DNA of 64,000 nucleotides from a bacterium (GTDB lineage Bacteria; UBA10199; 2-02-FULL-50-16; JAJFLM01): NCBI GenBank assembly GCA_965216315.1, contig CBDCFN010000015.1, positions 32,001 to 96,000 of the forward strand, read 5' to 3'. Shown piece by piece: positions 48,138 to 56,782 of this stretch (position 1 is its first letter; each line of letters starts with the position of its first letter). The notes under the pieces were generated by a model. It saw only the letters and a program-made list of their open reading frames with translations, ran no database searches and was not told where the DNA came from. The position numbers and the translations under genes were made by a program.

Positions 48138-48941
48138 TTATTTAAGCCCCAATACATCCTGCATGTCATAGAGGCCGGGGCTACGGTCAATGAGCCACTT
48201 GGCGGCGCGAATGGCACCTTTGGCGAAGGTGTCCCGTGAACTCGCCCGATGCGTGATTTCCAAGCGCTCACCGATTCCTGCAAACAAAATCGTATGATCT
48301 CCAACGATGTCGCCACCCCTAATTGTTTGCAGACCGATCTCCCTCGTTGTTCTTTCACCAGTCATGCCTTCACGGTGATAAACCGCATCTTTGGCAAGAT
48401 CGCGACCCAAGGCTTCCGCCAAGACTTCAGCAGACCGCATGGCCGTCCCCGAGGGGGCATCCTTTTTAAGTCGATGATGGGCCTCGATAACTTCAACGTC
48501 GTAATCATCTTGCAAGACCTTGGCGGCCTCAGCAATAAGTCGCCACATCAGATTCACGCCGACACTCATATTAGGCGCCATGACAACAGCGATTTTTTCC
48601 GCCAGGCGTTGCACCGAAACTTTTTGGTCATCGGTGAGCCCCGTAGTCCCTATAACCATGGGGGTTCCGTGTTCGGCCGCAATTTCCAAATTGGCAATCG
48701 TTGACTCGGCCGACGAAAAATCAATGAGCACATCGGCCGCTTGAGCGGCCGCATTACGATCGTGAGTGATCGCTAAGGCGGCCCCGGCAATCCCCGCCAA
48801 CTGCCCCGCAGCTACTCCGATGTGCTCCGAATCTTCCGCCTCGATGGCAGCAATCAGCTGAGCCTCGGTATCTTCTTCAATGCAGGCGACCAGTCGACGG
48901 CCCATCCGCCCTCCGGCCCCAATGATGGCGATCTTTTTCAT
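48138..48941 (-). CDS. dapB: 4-hydroxy-tetrahydrodipicolinate reductase
   Basis: GAGGRMG, EAHHRLKKDAPSGTA. Confidence 0.97.
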   Translation of the reverse strand: MKKIAIIGAGGRMGRRLVACIEEDTEAQLIAAIEAEDSEHIGVAAGQLAGIAGAALAITHDRNAAAQAADVLIDFSSAESTIANLEIAAEHGTPMVIGTTGLTDDQKVSVQRLAEKIAVVMAPNMSVGVNLMWRLIAEAAKVLQDDYDVEVIEAHHRLKKDAPSGTAMRSAEVLAEALGRDLAKDAVYHREGMTGERTTREIGLQTIRGGDIVGDHTILFAGIGERLEITHRASSRDTFAKGAIRAAKWLIDRSPGLYDMQDVLGLK

Positions 48942-49816
48942 AGCAAACCAAACTCCTTTAAGGTCTTTGTAAGCTGGGCCTTGTGTTCAGTGCTCATGGC
49001 ACACAGTGGCAGGCGAAATTCTTCTGCACACTTTCCTAGCATGGCCAAGGCTGTTTTTACCGGAATCGGATTCGTCTCAATAAAAAGTCGATCATGAAGG
49101 GGCATTAATTCCCGATGCAACGATTTCGCTTCTTCGGCCTTACCTTCAATCATCAAGTCACAAAAGCGCGACATTTGTTGCGGAACAATATTTGCGGTTA
49201 CAGAAATAACACCACGGCCACCAAGTTCCATAATTTCATAGTTTTGTGAATCTTCGCCCGACAAAATAATAAAGTCGGGACCACACAGGTCGCGAACTTG
49301 TCGAATCTGATCCAGATCCCCGCACGCCTCTTTAATGCCGATAACATTTTTGAACGTAGCGATGCGCGCCACGGTCTCAGGCAACATATTCAAGGCCGTC
49401 CGCCCCGGAACATTATAGAGAAAGAGCGGCAACTCACTCGCTTCGGAGATCGCCTTAAAGTGCTGATACAACCCTTCCTGGGTGGGTTTATTATAATAAG
49501 GAGTAATTTGCAGGGACGCCGTCACGCCCATCTTTTCCGCCGCTTGTGTCATGCTAATCGCTTCGCGGGTTGAATTAGATCCGGTTCCAGCAATAACATA
49601 CAATTGATCGCCGGCCTGTTCCTGGACGATACGAATCACCTCGTCGTGCTCGTCATGACTGAGCGTCGCCGACTCTCCGGTTGTTCCGCAGGGAACAATG
49701 CCTTTAGTGCCTGCTTGAACGTGCCAGTCAACCAAAGCGCGTAATGTCTTTTCATCGATAGACCCGTCACGAAATGGCGTAACGAGGGCAACACATGAGC
49801 CTTGAATAGCTGTCAT
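48938..49816 (-). CDS. dapA: 4-hydroxy-tetrahydrodipicolinate synthase
   Basis: GTTGES, PYYNKP, YNVPGRT, GIKEA, NPIPVK. Confidence 0.97.
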   Translation of the reverse strand: MTAIQGSCVALVTPFRDGSIDEKTLRALVDWHVQAGTKGIVPCGTTGESATLSHDEHDEVIRIVQEQAGDQLYVIAGTGSNSTREAISMTQAAEKMGVTASLQITPYYNKPTQEGLYQHFKAISEASELPLFLYNVPGRTALNMLPETVARIATFKNVIGIKEACGDLDQIRQVRDLCGPDFIILSGEDSQNYEIMELGGRGVISVTANIVPQQMSRFCDLMIEGKAEEAKSLHRELMPLHDRLFIETNPIPVKTALAMLGKCAEEFRLPLCAMSTEHKAQLTKTLKEFGLL

Positions 49817-49828
49817 TTAACTTCCTTC

Positions 49829-50653
49829 TTATAAATCAATCGTCCCATCAAAGACTTTCTCAGCAGTCCCTGTCATGTAAACGTTATCATCATTGAGATC
49901 CCAATGGATATCAAGTTTGCCTCCGGGGAGTTCAACCTTAATCTTCCTTTCGGTATAGTTATTGAGCACCCCAGCAACAGCGGCCGCACAGGCCCCGCTA
50001 CCGCAGGCTCGTGTTTCACCCGCACCGCGTTCCCACACACGCAATCTAATGACTTTTTTATCCAGCGGCTGGACAAACTCAACATTCGTACGCTTAGGAA
50101 ATATATTATGACTCTCTAACAAAGGACCATACGTCTCAACCGGATAGCTTTCTACATCATTCACAAAAACAACACAGTGCGGATTGCCCACAGAAACGCA
50201 GGTAATTCGAAAGTCCCGCCCTTCCATTCGCAAAGGGCGGTTGATGACACGCCCACTGAGATTGACCGGAATATCCTTCCCCTTTAGAATCGGACTCCCC
50301 ATGTTGACACGAATCGAATTCTTATTCACGAAGCTCGTCATCTGAATCCCTGCCTTGGTCTCAACTGTTAATTCTTTTTTAGCTGAAATCTTTTTGTCGC
50401 GGACAAAACGAGCCAAGGCGCGGAGACCGTTGCCACACATCTCCACCTGTCCGCCATCGGCATTGTATATGACCATTTTATAGTCCGCTTTGCGCGATTT
50501 ACTTAAGACAAGTAGTTGATCCGCCCCAATCCCAAAACGTCGATCGCAAAGCCCGCGAACAACCTTGGGTGTCAAAGTTAATTTAGATTTCAATGCGTCA
50601 AAAAAGATAAAATCATTTCCCAACGCCTGCATCTTGGTGAAATTCTTCTTCAT
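49829..50653 (-). CDS. dapF: Diaminopimelate epimerase
   Basis: GNDF, EMCGNG, GNPH, ERGAGET.ACGSG. Confidence 0.97.
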   Translation of the reverse strand: MKKNFTKMQALGNDFIFFDALKSKLTLTPKVVRGLCDRRFGIGADQLLVLSKSRKADYKMVIYNADGGQVEMCGNGLRALARFVRDKKISAKKELTVETKAGIQMTSFVNKNSIRVNMGSPILKGKDIPVNLSGRVINRPLRMEGRDFRITCVSVGNPHCVVFVNDVESYPVETYGPLLESHNIFPKRTNVEFVQPLDKKVIRLRVWERGAGETRACGSGACAAAVAGVLNNYTERKIKVELPGGKLDIHWDLNDDNVYMTGTAEKVFDGTIDL

Positions 50654-50662
50654 GTTAATCTC

Positions 50663-51919
50663 CTAAACTAAAAATTTTGGTACGTGTTCCCCCTTCGGCA
50701 AGTCTTTGTAAGACTCACGTTCGCGAATCACGTAATGTTTCCGGCCCGACACAAGCACTTCGGCAACACGGGGCCGTGAATTATAATTAGATGACATCGT
50801 AAAGCCGTACGCACCGGCACTCATCAGGGCCAACAATTCATCGGACTTCACTGCGGCAATATGACGATCTTTGGCCAAGAAGTCGCCCGACTCACAGATC
50901 GGCCCGACGACATCGACTTTGACCTTCCGCCGGCGCGTCTTCTGAACCGGCCGTACTTCATGATAACTCCCATACAATGACGGCCGCGCTAAATCATTCA
51001 TGGCCCCATCCACCACGACAAACTTCTTCCGACCCGTACCCTTATTGTAGAGCACCTTTGTAACAAAAACCCCCGCATTACCGGCAATGGAGCGGCCGGG
51101 TTCCATGATCAACGTCGCATCCAAGGATCCAAGACTCTTTTTGAGGGCCTTGGCATAGCGGGTCAGTGAGGGCGGTTTTTCCTTATCATAGGTAATCCCC
51201 AGCCCTCCTCCGATATCGATATAACGAATAGAAATCCCCAGACGACGGATGCGTTTTACCAATTGCGCAACCCGCTCACTCGCCTCGACAAAGGGGCCCA
51301 GCTCAGTGATTTGAGAACCAATATGGCAACTGATCCCAACAAAGTCTACATGGCGATAGCGGGGCCCTTGCGCATAGACTTTGAGGGCATCAGGCACCGG
51401 AATCCCAAACTTACTCTTTTTGAGACCTGTCGAGATATAGGGATGCGTCTTCGGATCAATATTTGGATTGACCCGCAACGACACGGGCGCCTTTTTTCGC
51501 AGGCGCTTAGCCACCTTGTCAATCGCCGCCAGCTCCTCTACCGATTCTACATTAAACATGAGAATTCCACTCTTGAGCGCGTATTCAATCTCTTCGGTCG
51601 ACTTTCCCACGCCCGAAAAGACAATGCGTTCCGCGGGCACCCGCGCCGTGAGACAGCGAAAGAGCTCCCCTCCGGTCACGATATCGGCACCACCTCCCAG
51701 CTGAGCCACGGCCCTGAGGATGGCGAGATTGGAATTGGCCTTGATTGCAAAACAAATCAGGTGAGGCAGACCTTCAAAGGCTTGTTCATAGGACAAAAAA
51801 TGTTCGCGGATCGCCTCATAACTATAGGCATAGTAGGGCGTTCCAACCTCTCGAGCCAAACGCTCAAGGGAAACCGATTCGCAATAAAGGCGATCTTTAC
51901 GATAACTAAAGTGACTCAT
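50663..51919 (-). CDS. lysA: Diaminopimelate decarboxylase
   Basis: AIKAN, HIGSQ, GGG, EPGR, GPICESGD, GAYG. Confidence 0.97.
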   Translation of the reverse strand: MSHFSYRKDRLYCESVSLERLAREVGTPYYAYSYEAIREHFLSYEQAFEGLPHLICFAIKANSNLAILRAVAQLGGGADIVTGGELFRCLTARVPAERIVFSGVGKSTEEIEYALKSGILMFNVESVEELAAIDKVAKRLRKKAPVSLRVNPNIDPKTHPYISTGLKKSKFGIPVPDALKVYAQGPRYRHVDFVGISCHIGSQITELGPFVEASERVAQLVKRIRRLGISIRYIDIGGGLGITYDKEKPPSLTRYAKALKKSLGSLDATLIMEPGRSIAGNAGVFVTKVLYNKGTGRKKFVVVDGAMNDLARPSLYGSYHEVRPVQKTRRRKVKVDVVGPICESGDFLAKDRHIAAVKSDELLALMSAGAYGFTMSSNYNSRPRVAEVLVSGRKHYVIRERESYKDLPKGEHVPKFLV

Positions 51920-53313
51920 TATTTTACTCGCTTTGCCAGCCGTTTCTGGTGTCGACGAATCTCCTGTAACACGTTCGCCGGTGCGGTTCCGCCGACAACA
52001 CGTCGCTTGGCTATCGATTGCTCGGATTGCAATGCGTGATAAATATCTTTTGTAAAAACGGAACTTAACCGCTGCAATTGAGACAACGACAAAGCCGCCA
52101 ATGAAACCCCTTTTTGAATAGCTAACTTCACGGCCCGTCCGGCAATTTCATGGCCCTCGCGAAACGGCACGCCCTTCATGACCAGCCAATCCGCCATATC
52201 CGTCGCCAACATGGCAGGATCATCTGCCGCCACATTGATTCGCGCCTTATCGATACGGCATTCTTTAAGCATCTCCGCCAGCACGGTCAGGGCGGGCAGA
52301 ACATTCGCAAAGAAATCAAAAAGCGGCTCTTTATCCTCTTGCAGGTCTTTATTGTAGGCCAGCGGAAGTCCCTTCAGCACGGTCAGGAGCGCCATCAACT
52401 GACCGATCACGCGCCCGCTCTTGCCGCGAATCAATTCCGGAATGTCCGGATTCACTTTTTGGGGCATCATGGACGAACCCGTACAGAAGGCCTCCGGCAG
52501 TTTCAAAAACCCGAATTCCTCTGTAGACCACAATATCAGCTCTTCGCTCAAGCGGCTCAAATGAACCATCAGCAGGGAACCCGCGGCCAGGATTTCGACG
52601 GCGAAGTCGCGATCGCTGACGGCATCCAAACTATTGTGCGACACCGCAGCAAAACCCAGATCCTTGGCCAATGCCCGCCGATCGATGCGAAACGCGTTGC
52701 CCGCCAACGCCCCGGAACCAAGCGGCAAGACCGATGTACTCTTGAGCGCCGCCGCGAAGCGCTCCTCGTCACGCTCCAGCATCTCGACGTAAGCGAGGAA
52801 ATGATGCGCCAAGAGCACCGGTTGAGCCCGCTGCAAGTGGGTATAACCCGGAACCCGGACCTTCTGCCAGACGCGGGCCTTCGATACGAGGACCTTCTGA
52901 AGCCCTCTCAAGGCACGCCGCAGCTGTTTGAGTTGATCGAGGCAGTAGAGCCGCAGATCCGTCGCTACTTGGTCATTGCGACTCCGACCGGTATGCAGTT
53001 TGCCGCCGACCTCACCGATCCTGTCGATCAGGGCCCGCTCCACGTGGGTATGGATGTCTTCAAGCTCCGTCTGATAGGGAATCCGGCCGGCCGCCAGGTC
53101 CTTCGCAACCCGGTTTAGACCCTCCTGAATCCGTCGAGATTCGGCCCCAGTCAGAAGACGAGCCCGCGCCAAGGCCTTGGTATAGGCGATACTCCCTTGA
53201 ATATCGTAGGGAGCCAGCTTGTGATCGAAAGGGATCGAGGCCCCAAATCGGAGCGCCTCCGGGTCCATCTGGCTCTTAAAGCGGCCACTCCAGCGTTTAC
53301 GTCTCATCACCAT
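51919..53313 (-). CDS. argH: Argininosuccinate lyase
   Basis: GRSRNDQ, GYTHLQRAQ, GSSMMPQK.NP, YNKDLQEDK. Alternative start at 53307. Confidence 0.97.
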   Translation of the reverse strand: MVMRRKRWSGRFKSQMDPEALRFGASIPFDHKLAPYDIQGSIAYTKALARARLLTGAESRRIQEGLNRVAKDLAAGRIPYQTELEDIHTHVERALIDRIGEVGGKLHTGRSRNDQVATDLRLYCLDQLKQLRRALRGLQKVLVSKARVWQKVRVPGYTHLQRAQPVLLAHHFLAYVEMLERDEERFAAALKSTSVLPLGSGALAGNAFRIDRRALAKDLGFAAVSHNSLDAVSDRDFAVEILAAGSLLMVHLSRLSEELILWSTEEFGFLKLPEAFCTGSSMMPQKVNPDIPELIRGKSGRVIGQLMALLTVLKGLPLAYNKDLQEDKEPLFDFFANVLPALTVLAEMLKECRIDKARINVAADDPAMLATDMADWLVMKGVPFREGHEIAGRAVKLAIQKGVSLAALSLSQLQRLSSVFTKDIYHALQSEQSIAKRRVVGGTAPANVLQEIRRHQKRLAKRVK

Positions 53314-53362
53314 CTTCTAAAAATCGCCTGTTATCATGTCAATGAAAACCCTTTAAAAACAC

Positions 53363-53391
53363 TTGACTGACCGTGACCTATTTCGCATACT
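53363..53391 (+). promoter_or_regulatory. Sigma-70 promoter of rho
   Basis: TTGACT-N17-CATACT. Confidence 0.65.
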
Positions 53392-53476
53392 TGCCTTACT
53401 TCCGCCAGGAACCAACTCGGCGGTCAATCCCACGAAAGCGAGATCTTTACTACAAACCCGAAAGACGATTTCCGTT

Positions 53477-54901
53477 ATGCCACCAAAAAAATCTGCTGCC
53501 AAAAGGCCTCATTCGCCCCGTCCAAACGACCAAAACCGGCCCCGTCGCGCCCCTGAACCAAACCGGGCCCCTCGGTCTGACGGTCCCCCGAAAGCAGCAC
53601 GGCCCCAGCAGGTCAATCACGAAGAAAATGTGGGCTCTCCCGTCAACGGGACGATGAATCTCAAAGAACTTAAGATGATGCCCATCGATGAACTCACCCA
53701 CTTAGCCAAGGACTTTGGCATCGAAGGGGCGGCCGGAATGCGGAAGCAGGAACTGATGTTTGCCCTGCTGAAGGCCCAGACGGATAAAAAAGGCGCCATT
53801 TACGGTGAAGGCGTCCTCGAGATATTGCCGGATAATTTTGGCTTTTTACGGGCCAATGATGCGAACTATCTCCCGGGACCGGATGATATTTACGTGTCCC
53901 CCTCCCAAATCCGCAAATTCAACCTGCGGACCGGCGACACGATTTCCGGTCAAATCCGTCCGCCGAAAGAAGGTGAGCGCTACTTTGCCTTACTCAAGGT
54001 GGAATCAATCAATTTTGAAGACCCCTCTGTCGCCCAAGATAAAATTTTGTTCGACAACTTAACGCCCTTTTATCCGAACGAACGACTCCATCTGGAGTAC
54101 ACTCCCAAGAATTACACCACCCGGATCATTGATCTCATGGCCCCTATCGGCAAGGGACAACGTGGTCTGATCGTCGCAGCACCTCGAACCGGTAAAACGG
54201 TCATGATGCAAGACATTGCCAATGCAATCTCGATCAATCATCCCGATGTCGTGCTGATGGTCCTGCTCATCGATGAACGGCCGGAAGAAGTCACCGATAT
54301 GCAACGTTCGGTTAAAGGTGAGGTGATCAGCTCGACCTTCGACGAACCCGCACAACGCCACGTTCAGGTTGCCGAAATGGTCATCGAAAAGGCCAAGCGT
54401 TTGACCGAGCACAACAAAGACGTCGTCATTCTTTTAGATAGCATCACGCGCTTGGCACGCGCTTACAATACGGTTGTGCCGCCGTCCGGCAAAATTCTTT
54501 CCGGTGGTGTCGATTCCAATGCACTGCATAAACCAAAGCGTTTCTTCGGGGCCGCACGCAACATCGAAAATGGCGGCTCACTCACGATCCTTGCCACAGC
54601 CCTGATTGATACCGGAAGTCGCATGGATGAAGTGATCTTCGAAGAATTTAAGGGCACCGGTAATTCCGAGATCCATCTCGACCGGCGCCTGATGGAAAAA
54701 CGTATTTTCCCCTGTATGGATATCAATCGTTCCGGAACGCGAAAAGAGGAACTGCTTTTGGATGAAAATATCCTCCAAAAAGTTTATATCCTTCGAAAAA
54801 TTCTCCACCCGCTCAACGTCATCGATGCGGTCGAATTTATGATCGACAAGATGTCATCGACCGAAAACAACGTCGAATTCATTGATTCAATGAATCAGTA
54901 A
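53477..54901 (+). CDS. rho: Transcription termination factor Rho with N-terminal Pro/Arg-rich extension
   Basis: [47 protein letters not shown]. Confidence 0.97.
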   Translation: MPPKKSAAKRPHSPRPNDQNRPRRAPEPNRAPRSDGPPKAARPQQVNHEENVGSPVNGTMNLKELKMMPIDELTHLAKDFGIEGAAGMRKQELMFALLKAQTDKKGAIYGEGVLEILPDNFGFLRANDANYLPGPDDIYVSPSQIRKFNLRTGDTISGQIRPPKEGERYFALLKVESINFEDPSVAQDKILFDNLTPFYPNERLHLEYTPKNYTTRIIDLMAPIGKGQRGLIVAAPRTGKTVMMQDIANAISINHPDVVLMVLLIDERPEEVTDMQRSVKGEVISSTFDEPAQRHVQVAEMVIEKAKRLTEHNKDVVILLDSITRLARAYNTVVPPSGKILSGGVDSNALHKPKRFFGAARNIENGGSLTILATALIDTGSRMDEVIFEEFKGTGNSEIHLDRRLMEKRIFPCMDINRSGTRKEELLLDENILQKVYILRKILHPLNVIDAVEFMIDKMSSTENNVEFIDSMNQ

Positions 54902-54903
54902 TA

Positions 54904-54943
54904 GGGGCTAGCGTCGCCCCCTCCAGAAGCAAAGCTCCTGGAG
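54904..54943 (+). terminator. Tandem hairpins after rho
   Basis: ggggc...gcccc and ctccag...ctggag stems. Confidence 0.4.
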
Positions 54944-55005
54944 CCTCCCCCATCTCACTCGCGTTGCTCGTTAGGTCGCTTATGCTCCCCACAATGTGTT
55001 TCCCT

Positions 55006-55038
55006 CCCTTTGTAAAGGGAGGCTAGGAGGGATTTAAT
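55006..55038 (-). repeat. 33-bp dispersed repeat, copy 2
   Basis: Exact reverse complement of 25190-25222. Confidence 0.85.
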
Positions 55039-55044
55039 TGCCAA

Positions 55045-55071
55045 GCAACTTTGGTGCTCTTTGATCGAAGA
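55045..55071 (+). promoter_or_regulatory. Sigma-28-like motif GCAAC-N16-CGAAGA
   Basis: 6 nt upstream of ATG 55078. Confidence 0.7.
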
Positions 55072-55077
55072 GAAGTC

Positions 55078-56058
55078 ATGAATATCGCCGCCCTGCAGCA
55101 CATGGCCCGTATGTTTACCGGTGTCATTTTGCCCGGCCATACCCTTGGCGCCATTCAACAGCACAATGACATGCATCGGAGGACCCTGGGGATGGCGCTC
55201 CATGCCGGTCTGCAACCGACTCAGGCTCATCTGATTACGGTGAGCATACCGAATGACGTCGGGGTCGGTTTTCTGTTTCAAGAGGCCACTGACGGACTCA
55301 ATCAGGCCCAGTTGCTCTTGATCGGCCGCAGCCACCAACCCGAAGCCCTGCGCTTTCAGAATCCCATCCCCCAGGAACTCCATCGCATTTCTCTCATGTC
55401 CTACTTATCCGGACAAGATGAAGCACCACCCATTCATCAATATGCTGCGCTCGCTCATCTAACTCCAATGCTGCAGGCCGCTATCGGCGAAGCCGACATC
55501 GAGGCATTGCAAGCACAACTTTTTGATTATGCCCTGATGCCGAAACGTCCGCTCGGCGTCGTGCCTAGTATTGAGATGACACCAGGGCCTGCGTTGGAAA
55601 TCTTTGATACGCTGATCGACCATATTCAATTTCATGAGCAAAAAGGACTGAACACCCGGATCCGTCATGCCCTCACCGCACAGGGCATTCATTTTGTCGG
55701 TCAATTGGTGCGTCTGTCACCTTCCGCCTTGCCTGGAGGACAACAAACACGGCAAGCAATCTTGAATTATCTTCAGGCTCACGACTTGAGCCTCGGCATG
55801 GACAACCGGAACTGGCAAAAGCCGGGCCGCCACCACCGTGGCTTGATGCAAACACCGCTTACGTCTCTTTCGTTCACTTACGTAGGAGGGATGAATCAAG
55901 CGTTGCAACGACATCTCGTTAATGCCGGCGCAGTTACATTGGAAGATGTCCTGCACCTCAAGAAAACGGATCTCCTCAATAGGCCCTACTTTAATATTGG
56001 GCATTATGACACGATCCGAAATTTCCTGCGCTCACTCGGACTTGACTTTGACAAGTAG
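55078..56058 (+). CDS. Protein with two C-terminal RNA polymerase alpha-CTD-like domains
   Basis: LNTRIRHAL...GI..VGQLV...LSLGM and PL.SL...AG..TLEDVL.L...DLL....F....IR.FL..LGL both resemble the alpha-CTD pattern. Confidence 0.68.
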   Translation: MNIAALQHMARMFTGVILPGHTLGAIQQHNDMHRRTLGMALHAGLQPTQAHLITVSIPNDVGVGFLFQEATDGLNQAQLLLIGRSHQPEALRFQNPIPQELHRISLMSYLSGQDEAPPIHQYAALAHLTPMLQAAIGEADIEALQAQLFDYALMPKRPLGVVPSIEMTPGPALEIFDTLIDHIQFHEQKGLNTRIRHALTAQGIHFVGQLVRLSPSALPGGQQTRQAILNYLQAHDLSLGMDNRNWQKPGRHHRGLMQTPLTSLSFTYVGGMNQALQRHLVNAGAVTLEDVLHLKKTDLLNRPYFNIGHYDTIRNFLRSLGLDFDK

Positions 56059-56059
56059 A

Positions 56060-56782
56060 CTATCGCTTAAACACCGCCAAGGCATTTGGCACGCGCTCAT
56101 AGCCTTCCATGAGAATTTTTTTATCCCCTGCATTAAGATAAAACTGAGTTGAACTTCCCCCATCGAAATTGAGGGCGTTGCTACAGTAAGGCTTGAGGGC
56201 ACGGGCAAAGGCATGCATCGTAATCGAACCCGGCGTGGCCGCAGCAATAATGACGCGGCCCTTAGGCGTAATACAAACTCCCGACCGCCGCCGCGGCACA
56301 TCATTTTTAAATTTCGGAATATTGCCATCGATAAGCAAACGCGGCCCGGTTTGGATCGCCAGGCTTCGAGATTTGGAAGGTCGATTCTGACGGGTATGCA
56401 CAATAGACGGGCGGCCATTCACGATTTGAAAAATTCCCCAGGCCGCGCGGCGCACCGGATTGATAGCCCTACCTCCCTTGACAACAAGGCCCATCTCATT
56501 GCCATCCGTATCAAAAAAACTCGCATTGATGGCTGCACGCACGGGACGGGCGCCAATGAGTTTCTTCAGACTTTGACGTTTCGCTCCTTGCTCGGCGGCC
56601 CGCAAGAGATCGAATCGATGCGTCTTGGGATTGACGCGAAGCAAATGGAGCTCATTGTTTGCTTCCCCTACCGTCACCAATCGATACTCAAGTCCCGACT
56701 CAAGTAATTGCCAGTCGGCACGGGCCTGACCGGACCCCAGCCATACAATAATCAAGAGGATCCAAACGAGATAACGAATCAT
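56060..56782 (-). CDS. Phosphodiester glycosidase (NAGPA) family protein
   Basis: Signal peptide; AINASFF, Q.GPRL, RSGV, ALNFDGGSS. Confidence 0.88.
   Translation of the reverse strand: MIRYLVWILLIIVWLGSGQARADWQLLESGLEYRLVTVGEANNELHLLRVNPKTHRFDLLRAAEQGAKRQSLKKLIGARPVRAAINASFFDTDGNEMGLVVKGGRAINPVRRAAWGIFQIVNGRPSIVHTRQNRPSKSRSLAIQTGPRLLIDGNIPKFKNDVPRRRSGVCITPKGRVIIAAATPGSITMHAFARALKPYCSNALNFDGGSSTQFYLNAGDKKILMEGYERVPNALAVFKR

Noticed and set aside
52150..53118. 322-aa antisense ORF over argH (also 51263-52039 over lysA)
   Set aside because: Shadow ORFs opposite highly conserved genes; no recognisable motifs, RBS or promoter.
45549..53313. argH-lysA-dapF-dapA-dapB-dapL-folK-fsa operon as a novelty
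   Set aside because: Ordinary conserved arrangement using the known DapL lysine pathway.
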